DNA of 64,000 nt from the human T2T-CHM13v2.0 reference genome, Homo sapiens: the NCBI RefSeq assembly GCF_009914755.1, contig NC_060931.1, one strand, 5' to 3'. The notes under the pieces are model-generated. The model was not told the DNA's origin, ran no database searches, and saw nothing but the letters and a program-made list of their open reading frames with translations. Below are positions 42,779-57,215 of this stretch, in pieces; the stretch's first letter is position 1, and every line of letters starts with the position of its first letter. A program made the translations under genes and the position numbers.

Positions 42779-43728
42779 TTTAAAACTGTAATCTGACTGT
42801 GGAATGAAGAAAATGTGGCTCAAGTTAAAAGTGGCAAAAGCATTTTTTAAATTTTTCTAAGCAGCAATAGAATGACTGGTGCTGCTATAAATACAAGCTG
42901 ACAACAGGTCATGCCTTCATGATCTTAAATTATATAAATGACATCAACTTTTTCTTCTCAAAAGTGAAAAAAGTAAGAAATAATCAGAGAAGTGATTTGC
43001 TTTTTTAATACATACTGTTTGTTTTGCTGTCACTTTCAGTCCCTTCGCCCTTATTCATCCACTCTCTTCAACCTCCTACAGAAGCCTGGGATAGAGCAAC
43101 ATCTCAAAGATTAATAAAGGAAGTGGGTTAACATTCTGTGAGCTGTTTCAGTTTTGACACTGGAGATTGTTCATATTTTTTTCTCTGAAAGACTTTAGAA
43201 TTGTTTTATGTTCAAAACCTAAGATAGCAAAGCAATTATCAAACCATTATGCAATCACAAAGTGTACTCTATTGATTTGGGGTTTCTTCATATCATTTTA
43301 TTTTGTACTCTCATATTCTCTCTCTTTTCTCTCACTCTCTCCTATCCTTGCCTCCCTCTTCTCTCTCTCTCTTTTCTATGCAGGGGACATCTCTATTCCT
43401 TTCCATATTTATTTCTCCTCTCCTTCTAGGCACATTGGAAAGCCAGTGGGTTGGAAGGGAAGCCATATATGCCATATCTGTGTGGAGGTATTTAAGTTGA
43501 CAGTGCAAGAACAACCAGCACACTGTTTCTCTGAAATGACGACAACACATGTAAAGAAAATGCCAAAAGCTGAAAGCACCTTGGGTTACTGAATAAACAC
43601 ATCCAAGACAGGTAGTTTGTAGAGTTACTTGAACACATAACAGGCTGCAAGTTAGCAAGACACTCCTTGTTACTGCAACATTACGTAGCCAGTGTTGACT
43701 GACATACTTTGCATGACCTATTTCCCCA

Positions 43729-44048
<320 letters not shown>

Positions 44049-44145
44049 CTCATTTTATTTTTTGTTATTTTAATTTATCCTCATTTTTAGGCACTCCTTC
44101 ATGTTGTTAAACATGCTTGATCTTCAAATTTTAATTTTTCAGTTG

Positions 44146-44330
44146 CATATTATGTATATAAGGAGATATGTATCTTTATATCTTCATATACATATAAAGA
44201 TATATATCTTCATATACATATGAAGATATATATCTTCATATACATATGAAGATATATATCTATACATATATGAATATATGTGTATATATAAGTATATATG
44301 TACATCTATCTATCTATCTAAAGATATAAA
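44146..44330. repeat. AT-rich tract with a 26-bp quasi-palindromic tandem repeat and (TCTA)n
   Basis: Unit TCTTCATATACATATGAAGATATATA repeating at 44181, 44207 and 44233. Confidence 0.9.
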
Positions 44331-44489
44331 GACATAAATGCTAAGAAGAACCAGTATCACTGGAATATGAAGCTAGCAGGAAACTTGCCAATTCAGTTTG
44401 AACTGCAGGTGTTCAGTCGGTGATATGGTAAGAAGCGGGTACTGCTGCTTAAGAAAGGTGCCTTCCTATGGCCGACTAAATTCAAGGTG

Positions 44490-44725
44490 TATTTATGGAA
44501 AGAGGATACACTCTGGAATCAGAGAATCTCGAGTTTTAATTACAATTCCACCACCACATTTTCTTTGGTTCTGAGTAATGCTAAACTCTGAGCCCTGGGG
44601 AACATCCATGAAATGGGGAAATGATCTATCTCATTGGCAGAATTTGGGAGGAATTAAAGATAACAGATGCTAACGTATTTGGCATAGAGTTGATAGTCAA
44701 TAAAGGATAAATATTACTATTATTA
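44490..44725 (+). mobile_element. MIR
   Basis: GGAAAGAGG..ACTCTGGAATCAGAG...AAACTCTGAGCC...AAATGGGGAAATG...GAGGAATTAAAGATAAC. Confidence 0.7.
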
Positions 44726-45430
44726 TGTCTTTCTGATAAGATTTTGGAAGTTAATCAGATGCTCAAAGCTTCAGGGTAGAAAAAAAGGGTCCCAATATTG
44801 CCCCTTTGTTCTCCAGCCTTGAGGACCTGAATAAGGTAACCCAAGCTTTGCAAGCTGTAAAGGATCAGAGACCCATGTGAAACACTGGGGTAGTTTGCCT
44901 ACTTTACTTATCTCTTTCACATTCTTAGAATTTTATTTTTAAAAGCTTTAGCTTGGCACTGTCTATGTAGTTTTAAAATATTTTTAGCATACTGTGCATT
45001 TTTTAAAAACTACTCTTCTTTTCATCTTTTGCCACCTCTGTACCTTGTGGTCTTGTAGATCCCTTGTTATTTATGTATTTATTATATTTCCCTTATTATT
45101 GGTATCTATTTATTCTTAAAATATTTCTCCTTTTATCTTCATTCTCATTAGCTTTTAGAACTTCCTCTTATTACCTCTATAAATATGAACTTATTTATAT
45201 AATGTATTTATCTCAATGTTTGCATTAATATGTTCTTTTTATTTTTGTTTACTGTAGTGCTAGCATTTTTGTTACTTTAATGGAAAAGTCTTAAAAATCT
45301 TTTTCTTATGTTTTAGTACATTTGGTGTTAATCAGCCCACCTTTAATCTTTTATGCCTTAATTCTTTCCTTTGTTATGTATCAGGTCCTTGCTCTACCTT
45401 GGGTAATTCTGATTTCATAGTGCAAGAGAC

Positions 45431-45780
45431 TGTATTAATTCATTTTCATGCTGCTGATAAAGTCATACCCAAGATTGGGTAATTTATAAAGAAAAAGAGG
45501 TTTAGTGGACTTACAGTTCCACACAGCTGGGGAGGCCTCACAATCATGGTGGAAGGTAAAAGGCACATCTTACGTGACAGCAGACAAGAAAGAATTGAGA
45601 ACCAAGTGAAAAGGGTTTCCCCTTTTAAAACCATCAGATCTCATGAAACTTATTCACTGCCATGAGAACAGTATGGGGGTAACCACCAGGTTTAAATTAT
45701 CTCCCACCAGGTCCTTCCCACATCACATGGAAATTATGGGAGCTATAATTCAAGATGAGATTTGGGTGGGGACACAGAGA
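45431..45780 (-). mobile_element. THE1B-like solo LTR
   Basis: TGTATTA.TTCATTTTCATGCTGCTGATAAAG...AAAACCATCAGATCTCATGA...TTCAAGATGAGATTTGGGTGGGGACACA; GAGAC at both ends. Confidence 0.92.
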
Positions 45781-46759
45781 CTATTTCAAAACATTTGTTC
45801 AGCGGCTACAACAGGTAGAATTTATCTTTGGGTGCTGATTGGTCTTTAGTTAAGTAAAACAATTTTAGGGGACTTTTGGTTTATAAAGTTAAGGTCGTTG
45901 CCCTAATCTGGAAAGGAGAGTATGAGACAATTAATTCTAAATTTAAGTACAATGAAAAAATTTTCTAAATTATAAACTTCTCCATTGTGTACACAATGTC
46001 TAGCACAAATAAATGCTGAAAAAATACCTGTGGAATGAATGAATTGCAAGAATGAAAGGTGTTAGGCTGCAATCTAAAGAGGTGGCCAGCAAGTTAAATA
46101 CCTTCCCTATAAAACTACATAGAACATTCAGTGATATCATGCTTTACATGTCCCTTTCTGCAATGTAATTCTCTCACAGTCTCCTCACGTCTTCAGTGAA
46201 TTTTATAATCACTACAGTCTAGCTGTGCAATGACTTTCTGCAGTCACACAGCATGGGATCTCAGGGTATTCTTATTTAAAATTTAAAGGCATGAGTGGTC
46301 CCATAAGTGAATCCTTTAATGTCACTTGAGTTTTATGTCTATTCTTGTGTTTACTCTCAGTCCCTAGTAACTTCAGGTATGAGGCAAGGACTAGGAGAGA
46401 GCCTGCACTGTCTCACCATCCCTGAGAGAGGCAATGTCTTTTTCTGCTCAAATCTGCTATATTGACTTCCCAAGTCCTTTCAGGGATTATGTTCCAAAAT
46501 ATCTCTACCGGGTAACTGAAAAGAAATAAAAGCCAGAAATCCTTTTCAAGCTCATAATAATCTTATTTGGGCAGACAGCATATTTTAATTCCCAGAATAC
46601 TGTTTATTTCTCACATCACACACGTGTTACTGACATTAGACATTGGGTAAGCTTTGTAAAATGTACTACATATCAGCAAAACAAAGTAGGCACACATTTT
46701 CTGGTCTGAGTTTGGCAACAAATTAGTTGGTGTGGAACCTCCTAAGCGTTCTCAAGGAG

Positions 46760-46985
46760 AAGCAGTGTAGATTAGTGATTAAGTATGAGTTCACATCCAA
46801 GGTCTGTCACTTACGATCTGTGTGACTTTAGACAAATCATTCTGCCTCTGCTTTCCTGTGAGATTGGAAAGATGGTAATAAGTCCCACATCATAGGTTTG
46901 CTATAGAGATTAAGCAGTTATATATGACGCTTTTATAACAAAACTTGGCACCCAATATGTGCCATGAAATTGTGGCTATAGTCAC
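46760..46985 (+). mobile_element. MIR
   Basis: GCAGTGTAG..TAGTGATTAAG...TCTGTCACTTAC..CTGTGTGACTTTAGACAAATCA...CATAGGTTTGCTATAGAGATTAA. Confidence 0.7.
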
Positions 46986-48220
46986 TAGTATGACAGAAGG
47001 AGATAAAGTAGAGGACTGATAATTAATTTTCTGGAACCTTAGTTTGTACTAGTTTCTCAATTGCACATTTTCTATTTGAGTTATATTCTTTCTTATGAGA
47101 GTAATGAGAGAATTTTCTAGGGCTGTAAGCCTCCTCAGCTTCTGTTCTTATTTTAACGAATAAGAGAAGCTGTCTAGAAATCATGTAGGAGAAGCAGATG
47201 CTTAGAGAAGATGACCAATGGCAAATGTCAGAGTTTTGAAACAGCCTAGAAATAGAGATATTTCTTAACTCTCAAATTTAAAATAACTAAAGGCCGAATA
47301 TTGGCAACACTTCAGGGAAAGTTCACAGTCTTCAGGTCTGGCTGCCTCTTTGCTTGAACAAAATCAGGGGAGGAGGATTTAATTGTGAAGAAAAAAATAG
47401 AGGGTAAGATTAAAATAAGCCAGGAAATCCTCTGGAGTTGTTCTAGGTCTGCTAGCCCACACTATCAGTTGAAGAACTGCAAACTCAAAAACCACTAAGT
47501 TCTAAGTCAAGGCAAGTAGGTTATGAACAGTCTAAGACTGTTATAGGAAACCAGCCTGTAAGTCAAGCGAAAGAAGATGCCTTAATCTGAGGGCCTAATC
47601 TAGTGTCCAGAAACTGACAGAAACTTCAGAGACATGTGCCAGAACCTTGTTATAAGCAGGCAAGAGGAGCTGGTAATACTGGCTTGGCAGCTGCCCTTCT
47701 TCAATGAATTCATTCATATATTTGAATATTTTTAAAACACTGAATATATGCCAGGTCTGTTGAATATGTAAGAAAAAAATATCTAGAAACAGACTGGAAA
47801 TTAAGAGTAAACTGTAGGATTTAGTGACTGATTAGATGGGAATGTTGAGGAAGAAGGAGCTAGGAGAATTCTTGGTTTTGTGGAAAGCACCAGTTTTAGA
47901 GGAATGATGAGTTTTTGTTTTGAGTGTCCCGCATGTGCAAGACCATTAGAATGTGATATTTTTATCTTTTAAAGACCACTATTAATAGAATTAGAAAGGC
48001 AGAAACCTAATTGTAGTGGCTTGAAGGGAAATTAAGAGGTGGAGATAATGACTAAACTCTATCCTTACCAGAAAATATGAAGAAAGGCATCTGGAACTCT
48101 AGCTGTAATGTGACAAGAGAGGTGTTTTTTTTTCGTTCGTTTGTTTTGTTTTCGGAAAAAGATAATGATAGCTTGGCGAAAAAAATAAATAGGGAGTGGG
48201 AGAGATTGAAAGAACAGATG

Positions 48221-48515
48221 GGCCGGGTGCGGTGGCTCATGCCTGTAATCCCAGGACTTTGGGAGGCCAAGGTGGGAGGATCACGAGGTCGGGAGTTTGA
48301 GACCAGCCTGGCTAACATGGTGAAACCCCGTCTCTACTAAAAATACAAAAATTAGCTGGGTGTCGTGGCATGCACCTGTAATGCCAGCTACTCAGGAGGC
48401 TGAGGCAGGAGCATTGCTTAAACCCAGAAGGCGGAGGTTGCAGTGAGCCGAGATCATGCCATGGCATTCCAGCCTGGGCAACAGGGTGAGATTCCATCTC
48501 GAAAATAAATAAATA
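48221..48515 (+). mobile_element. AluS (Sg-like)
   Basis: Full Alu; outer TSD GAAAGAAC(A/T)GATGG at 48208-48221 and 48839-48852. Confidence 0.93.
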
Positions 48516-48826
48516 GGCCGGGCGTGGTGGCTCACGCCTGTAATCCCAGCACTTTGGGAGGCCAAGGCGGGTGGATCACAAGGTCAGGAGATGGAGACCA
48601 TCCTGGCTAACACAGTGAAATCCCATCTCCACTAAAAATACAAAAAATTAGCCGAGCATGGTGGCGGGCGCCTGTAGTCCCAGCTACTCCGGAGGCTGAG
48701 GCAGGAGAATGTTGTGAACCTGGGAGGCGGAGCTTGCAGTGAGCCGAGGTGTGCCACTGCACTCCAGCCTGGGTGACAGAGCGAGACTCCGTCTCAAAAA
48801 TAAATAAATAAGTAAATAAATAAATA
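48516..48826 (+). mobile_element. AluY inserted in the tail of the preceding AluS
   Basis: AluY diagnostics (GACCATCCTGGCTAACAC, GAGCTTGCAGTG); (TAAA)n on both sides. Confidence 0.93.
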
Positions 48827-50346
48827 GAGAAAAGAAAAGAAAGAACTGATGGACTATTGCCTCCAGAAGAGTCAGGGAGTTCAGATCAAGCTTGGGAGAA
48901 TTAGAATTTAGCAAGAGAAAAAAATTACAACATCTGGAATTAGAAGGAAAGTTCTCTTTACAAATAGAGGGGAAAGATTTGTTCCGGGTCCCTAAAGTTA
49001 AATGGATGGCAGGAATAGAGAGAAAAATACTTTGGCTAAATATAAAGGTGAATGGTTTTTAATATGGTCAAAAATATAGTGGATCATCTAGGGTGATTGT
49101 GAATTATTTTTGCTTGGAGATAGGCAAAAAAACAAAAACAAAAAACAAAACAGCAAAATGACCATTTATCAGAAATGTCTGTAATCTGAAATAGAGCAAC
49201 TCATTCCAGTGACCCCATCCAGTGCTGATTCTTTAATTTATAGATCTTGTTTTATACATTTACTTTCTAATCTAAAATATCCTGGACATTTTTCAAAGGC
49301 CTAGTGAGCAGGCAGATATTGATGTTTAAATTAAGCTTGTAGAAAGACTTTAAATCTCATGTTTGTCTCTGATATAATAGGCAGAAGGGTTTTTTTTTTA
49401 ATCTTTAAATGGCAAATAAATGAAATTAGCAATAAACCTATATTTGGTCATATGGATCTTTGTAATTTCATACAAATTTGAGGATATATTGCCTTGCAAG
49501 TTATTTCAATAATGAAGTTAAGATCAGGGGTGTTTGGAGAGAAGAAAAATATGATTCTTCCATCATGATCTATAATAAAGGTGGTGGTGGGGCAAAGAGA
49601 AGGGAGCAAGTTGTGCCCGTGTTGAAATATCATCGCTAGCTCAGGACCAGCATAATGTAGAAGAGGAATCACTTCTCCTATTCTAAAATATACAATTCTA
49701 TCAGTACGACGAATACTTATCTTGACACAACCGATAATGAATAATATAGCATACTGCTGACTTACATAATCTCCTCAAATAAAAGCTCCCACTATAGAAT
49801 CAGATTAATTCTCCTTGGGTACTACTTTTGAATCTCTGGAAACAATTACTAACGCTGGTCCCTATTTACTGGTGTATATTCCATATTAGATACTCATTTT
49901 ATAAAGATTACTCTGGTATTGGGCATGGACTAAAACATAGAAAGACTAATGGCAGCACATTCAGTAGGAAGGCGGGTGCAAAGTTTTATCCAAGAGGGAC
50001 ACAGCCAGAAACAAGATGAATGGGAGTTGGAGAACGGGATTTGTACCTGAGAATAAACATCTTAAAGATTAAGAGCAACTTTTCTAAGGAAGCAATATGA
50101 CTCTAGTAAGGCTTATCCTTAAATAACCCAAGATGGTTCCTAATAATAATTAATTCCTCTTCTAAGTGATTATAAATTGGGTTTTCAATAAACATTCTAG
50201 AATCAACAAAAGCTTCTTTGATAAGATCAAGAAGCCACCGAAGAACAACAGCCTGAGGAGTGGTTGGTGAAGAAGGTTAAATGAATCCAATTACTTTGCC
50301 AAGAAGGTCTTTTAAGTTTATAGCTATAGATACAGATGAATGGATG

Positions 50347-50390
<44 letters not shown>
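50347..50390 (+). repeat. (GATA)11 tetranucleotide STR
   Basis: 11 perfect units counted. Confidence 0.97.
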
Positions 50391-50439
50391 TGTGGTTAGA
50401 GAGATAGATATAGGCATAGACATACAGAATGAAGAAAGA

Positions 50440-51930
<1,491 letters not shown>

Positions 51931-52099
51931 AAAATATTTAAAAATGAGTCAATCAATTAAACAGTTTAGTTCAATATAGAGCCTCAAAAAAACCTTAATA
52001 TCCTTAATTTTAAGAAATACACAAATGAGCTTATCCATACAACAAATGAAAATTTTCAATTCAAGATAGGATTTTAACAAATCCTGTGTTTGGGAGGGC

Positions 52100-52460
52100 T
52101 TCTACAGGCTGAATATTTGTCCTTCCTCCAAAATTCATATGTTGAAACCTAATCCCCATTGCAGTGGTATTTGGAGGTGGGCCCTTTGGGAGATAATTAG
52201 GTCATGAGGGTGGAGCCCTCGTGAATAGGATTAATGTCTCATACAAGGGGCTCCAGAGAACTGCCTTGCCGCTTGAACACATGAGATTCTTGCAAGAAGA
52301 TGGCCATCCATGATCCAGGAATTTGGCCCTCATCAGACACCAAATCTAACAATTTCTTGATCTTGTACTTCTCAGCCTCCAGAACAGTGAGAAATAGATT
52401 CCTAATTATAAGCCACTCAGACTAGTATTTTGTTTTAGCTGCCTGAGTGAACTTAGAATA
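52100..52460 (+). mobile_element. MLT1A/MLT1A0-like solo LTR
   Basis: CCAAAATTCATATGTTGAAACCTAATCCCCA...TTAGGTCATGAGGGTGGAGCCCTC...CAGCCTCCAGAACAGTGAGAAATA. Confidence 0.9.
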
Positions 52461-53718
52461 AACCCAAGATCTTTGCCATGATGACATGTTTTCTTTTTAA
52501 GGGAGAAAAAACTGAAATCTAAGTAATATTCATCCAGAAGTAATTTTCAAAGTTTATGATTATCTTTTATAACCACTGTTTCATTGAAAATATACAAAAT
52601 ACAGAATAATATTATTCTACTGATACGATGAGAAAGAATTATCTTGAATCTTGTACTGTATCAAATATTCCTGAAATGGAAAAAATGATTCCTACCTTTT
52701 TGTGTTTTTTAATATAATGTTCTCACTGAATTCTTGAATATAACAGGTTTAAATTACTTTACAGTCAATCCTGACAAGATACTAAAAGGCTAAGAATGTA
52801 ACATGCTGTGGTTTTCCTATCAAACATAATTATGCCTCCTTCAGATGGACTCAGGGTGCCACATCACTCTTAGCTCTGGAGCTATCAGTGAGGACCCTCC
52901 TACTTGTTTTATGCCTGATACTGGAAAAATGCAATAACAGGCCATCTGGGCCACTAGGAACAAAGATGCAAAGCTCAGGCAGGTAGGAATGAACTGCTTT
53001 TTAAGCAGAAAGTTCTAGTAGGACAAATCCAAATAAAAGATTTGTCTATGCTACAGGAAGTAAAATTAGTCTTTAATGTTTTCAGAAATTTCACATTACA
53101 AGAATACTAAGTAGATGTCATTGTGTCAATCAGATGTGAACAAAATTTTTAAGGTGTAAAACACAAGATAAATCTAGCCTCATAGTCTAAAATACATTGT
53201 TCCATGTAAAATGAGATCTATTTCTGACAAACACCTTATAATTACCAAAGCTGTATTTTACTTCAAAAGAAATAACTATGACTTTCTCAGTTTGTAAACA
53301 TTTGATTCAATTCAGTGACTTCTGTTCGTATTTAACATCTGTTCAAATAGATTTTTCAATGACAATGGATAAAAATGAGCAAAAATGTATGTGAGCCTAA
53401 CATAAACAATTTATTGTTATAAGAAAAACAGATATTTCACTTCCCATTTAATTTCATAGTTTATTCAGTGACTATACAATATTCTATAGTCACTGTGTTA
53501 TAACATGGAAGTGTTGTAAGAAGCACTTCCACCAAATTTAAGTCAAACAGATTCTGCAAAGTTAACATCTCCTTTTCCCCATTTCCATCTACCTATATTT
53601 ATGTTAGGGACACTTTGGAAATAATTTGTAGAGTAAGGAAACTTATGGAAAACTATGGACATTTTATAATCACAAGTGACCAACCCTGATATTAGAAAAT
53701 TCTCAGACACAACAAAAT

Positions 53719-53900
53719 AGATTGCCAGATTTTGCTAATAAAAATACAGAGCAACTAGTTAAACTTGGGTTTCAGATAAACATTAATTTTTTTAAATATA
53801 AGAATGTCCCAAATATTGCATGAGAGTATATAAAAATTATTTATTGTGTGTCTGAAATTCAAATTTCACTGGGCATCCTCTCTTTTATCAGGCAATACTA
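53719..53900. mobile_element. MER53-like palindromic hAT MITE
   Basis: TAGATTGCCAGATTTTGC.AATAAAAATACAG...TGAAATTCAAATTTCACTGGGCATCC...ATCAGGCAATACTA. Confidence 0.8.
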
Positions 53901-56084
53901 TGCAGAGACATTTTAGTAGTGATGCTTTTCTCTCCTATTAGAATGTGAGTCCCTTTATGGCAGAGATGAAATAATTCGTTATGCATCAGTGTGTGATACA
54001 TAATGAACACACACAACAGAATTGTATTAAATGAAAAACTGAATGTAAAGAACAAATTTTAAAGACCCTCAAATTTGTTCTCTTTTAGAAAACTCTTGAG
54101 TTTTGAAATTTTTGTCAAATCTTCCATTATGCAACCGCTATCTACCTCCAGAAATATTCCTTTTCCTTGTAGGTTCAACTAATATAATCTCTTCTCATCT
54201 CTTTGTTTAAACTGTTCATATGAAACAGTATATTATATTTATTGAGAGTGATAAGACTCCCAGAGCTTTGGCTTATACATGAGTTTGGATTTACAAAATG
54301 CTCCAGGATGGTATGTAGGTGAGGATAAAATGTACCTAGTTTACCAAGCTAATGTTTTAGATATAGGTTCTGTTTGTCTCTGTCTCTGCCTCTTTCTGTT
54401 CTGTCTCTGTTTTTCTACATATATTCTCTCTGAATACATGTATACATAAATTTATATATATATGTATACTCTGAATGAAGGTGTGTGGTTTTGCAAGTTC
54501 ATAACTTTAACTCACAATGGCTAATGCACATTAATCAGGTACCATGTCTCAGAAATGACTATGACCCCAGTAACACTGTGAACTGTGAGATACAGTACAT
54601 TTTTGATGTTTCTGCTCTGCTGATGCCTTCTCTTCTCCCATGCCTTGGCTGTTACAGTGACCTATATTCCAAGGACCTCAACCTCCTACTCCATCATCCC
54701 TCCCAGAGATCATCAGAACCACATTCACTGGTCCTCCAGTCAGTTTCCCACAGCTGTCATTCAGTCTCACAGAATTGGCCTCTATCCTGAATCCCATACA
54801 AACCTCAATAGCAACATGACTACTCCCTCCAGGTGGCTTTTGTGCCTTCCCAGGGAATGACAGTAATATTAACTATGAGAACAAAATTAGCAGAAATCAC
54901 ATATTCCCCTTCCCTTTTTACTAGGGAAATTTATTTCAACAGTGTTGTTGTTTGGTGATCTAATTCAAAAGATTGACAAGTGATGTGATTTTTTTGTCCA
55001 GTAAGAGAAAACTCAGGGTTATGGTGGTTGTTGGATTATTCTTGCAGGCTACTGGGGTATCCTTGATAATTGGAACCTACTGGAACACCATAATTCCCCT
55101 AAGCAAACCAAGCTTCCCCTAAATAGCAGAAGTTCTTAGGAGTTTCTTTTGTGGTCCCTCCTGTGTTGTATTTCACATATAAGCTGCTCCACTGGGAAAT
55201 CAATGTTTGTCACAGTCTGACCCCACTCAATCTGCTCAAATGTAATTCACACTGTTTTTTTAATGGCATATGACATCTGCTTCTTTCCTTCCTGTCCTCA
55301 CTGCCTTTGACATGGTTTTTTTCCCTGCTAGTCCTTCTTGTTTAACTACACATCTCTAGGAAAGCTTTCCTGCCTACTCCAGTCAATATTAAATAAAACT
55401 TTCTCTGAACTCTCAGTGCACAGTCAGTTTATACACCTGCATACTTCTTGTAATGCTAGCAAAAAAAAATGGCCCCCAAATTTTCTTCCTATATGGAAAC
55501 TCACATGAGCAGCCATCAATCCCCATCATAATTCTTGTAAAAGTTGTAGCATTTCTATTTCTGTTCATGGAAAGAATAAGATCAAGGATCAACTTCTTAA
55601 TATTGATATGTGTTTCTGAATAAACACTAAATGGTTTCAAAATCTGTTATTACATGACTATAATCTATTCCTGAAGCAACAGCAAACTGCCATTAGCTTG
55701 CACATTTAGCCAAATGTTCACAGGCTGGGATATTAGCAAGAACTCGTAGTAACACTTGAAATACATTCAGAACCCAATTTTATGTGCAGGAAGTTTTCTT
55801 TAAAATTTTTAAAGCTAGAATACTATTTTTGAGACAAGAACAGGACACAAGAGTATACACTGTACAGATACCTACTTCAAATTGTTACTAAGAATACATG
55901 GGATAATTCCACAACTTGGCTTTCTGTGCCTTAGATGGGACTCCTAAAAGGCTCTAAAGTGGGTCTCATATACGAAAAACATGTACTAATAGTTAAAGGA
56001 TATCATATAAATGAAAATCTCATAAATTTTCAGTGTAGAGACTACCACCAATTACCTTCTCATTATTTCCTTTTGGCTTCAAAT

Positions 56085-56205
56085 TAATTCAACAAATATT
56101 CAGGGAACACCTATTGATTTTTTTTAAGGCCATTTTGCTAGGATCTGGGGTTATAGTAATAAAGGTAAACTCCCTGCCATCAAGGCGCTCACAGTCTAAT
56201 TCTGA
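56085..56205 (-). mobile_element. L2 3' end
   Basis: ATTCAACAAATATT..GGAACACCTA...GCTAGGATCTGGGG...CCCTGCCATCAAGGCGCTCACAGTCTA. Confidence 0.75.
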
Positions 56206-56539
56206 ACACCACCAAAGAAAAGAGCACATGAGGGTGACATTTCCAGCTCTAAGGCAGCAGAAGGTATGCATTATACATTTTTTGCATACCCTTCAATCAA
56301 GCAATAAAAAATCTTCCCGTTCGACCCTGTGGGAGGAGGCACTTGTGTGGTTCGGTCTGGCAGGACCACCGCCGTGTTGAAAGTCCCCCCAGACAGCTGT
56401 GCCCAGCACGGCAGTTTCGTTGGGGTCTAGGGAAAGGGCAGGGTCAGACTGGTCACAATCAGGGCTGGAGATTTTTTGGAGTCAACTCTCCCAAAGGCAA
56501 TGGGGTCTACTGCTTTATTAGGAAAATGGAAAGAAAAAA

Positions 56540-56680
56540 GGGAGGGAAACAATGTACCCAGGCGCCCCCACCGCATTCTGATTGGACCCACTTAAGCATC
56601 TGCAGAAAACAATAAAATGAAAAAAACTCTTAGAGGTGAAACTCAAAGGTCAACCTCTGGCTGTGCGGGACAATGGGTGT
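56540..56680. promoter_or_regulatory. Proximal promoter motifs: inverted CCAAT box and SOX-type sites
   Basis: CTGATTGG at 56578-56585 (NF-Y CCAAT on the minus strand); AACAATG at 56548-56554, AACAAT near 56608, ACAATGG near 56670. Confidence 0.5.
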
Positions 56681-57059
56681 CCGGCCTTCCCTTCCCTTCC
56701 CTTCCGAAGTGATGAAGGAGTTCCAATGTTCTGCGAACACTGGAAACCCCAGCGGATCCCTCTAACTCCAGGGCAGCGAAACCACTGGCAGCGGACAGAG
56801 GGAGGATTGTCGGTGTGTGAATTGCTACCCTGGGATCCGGACCCAGAGCGGCAGCCGCGCCCCTCCGCCCCCCGCGCGACCCCGGGTCCGAGGCACGCTC
56901 CCAGCGGAGCGGTCCTGCGCCCCCGCCCCCTCCAGGAGCCGCGGCGCGCACAGCCGGGCTGGAGCGCGCACCCGGCACTGAGGCTTCGCTGCTCTCGGAG
57001 CGCTCAGACCGCGGCCGCCGCAGCCGGCGAAAGAGGCAAAGTCCCGCACGCCGGAGGAC

Positions 57060-57074
57060 ATGCGCCTCGGCTAG
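57060..57074 (+). other. Upstream ORF (MRLG*) in the PTPRZ1 5' UTR
   Basis: ATG CGC CTC GGC TAG, with G at -3. It is the only ATG between the inferred TSS and the main ATG. Confidence 0.7.
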
Positions 57075-57115
57075 CGGCCCCGGGCCCCACCACCGTGCGG
57101 CTTTCTCCAGATTAT

Positions 57116-57138
57116 TCCTCTCTCGCTGTCTCTGACTG

Positions 57139-57195
<57 letters not shown>

Positions 57196-57215
57196 AACAC
57201 ACATACGCACGCACG
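57116..57215 (+). repeat. Compound (CT/CTGT)n-(CA)n microsatellite inside the 5' UTR
   Basis: TCTCTCTGTCTCTGTC...TCTCTC followed by (CA)n, read directly. Confidence 0.95.
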
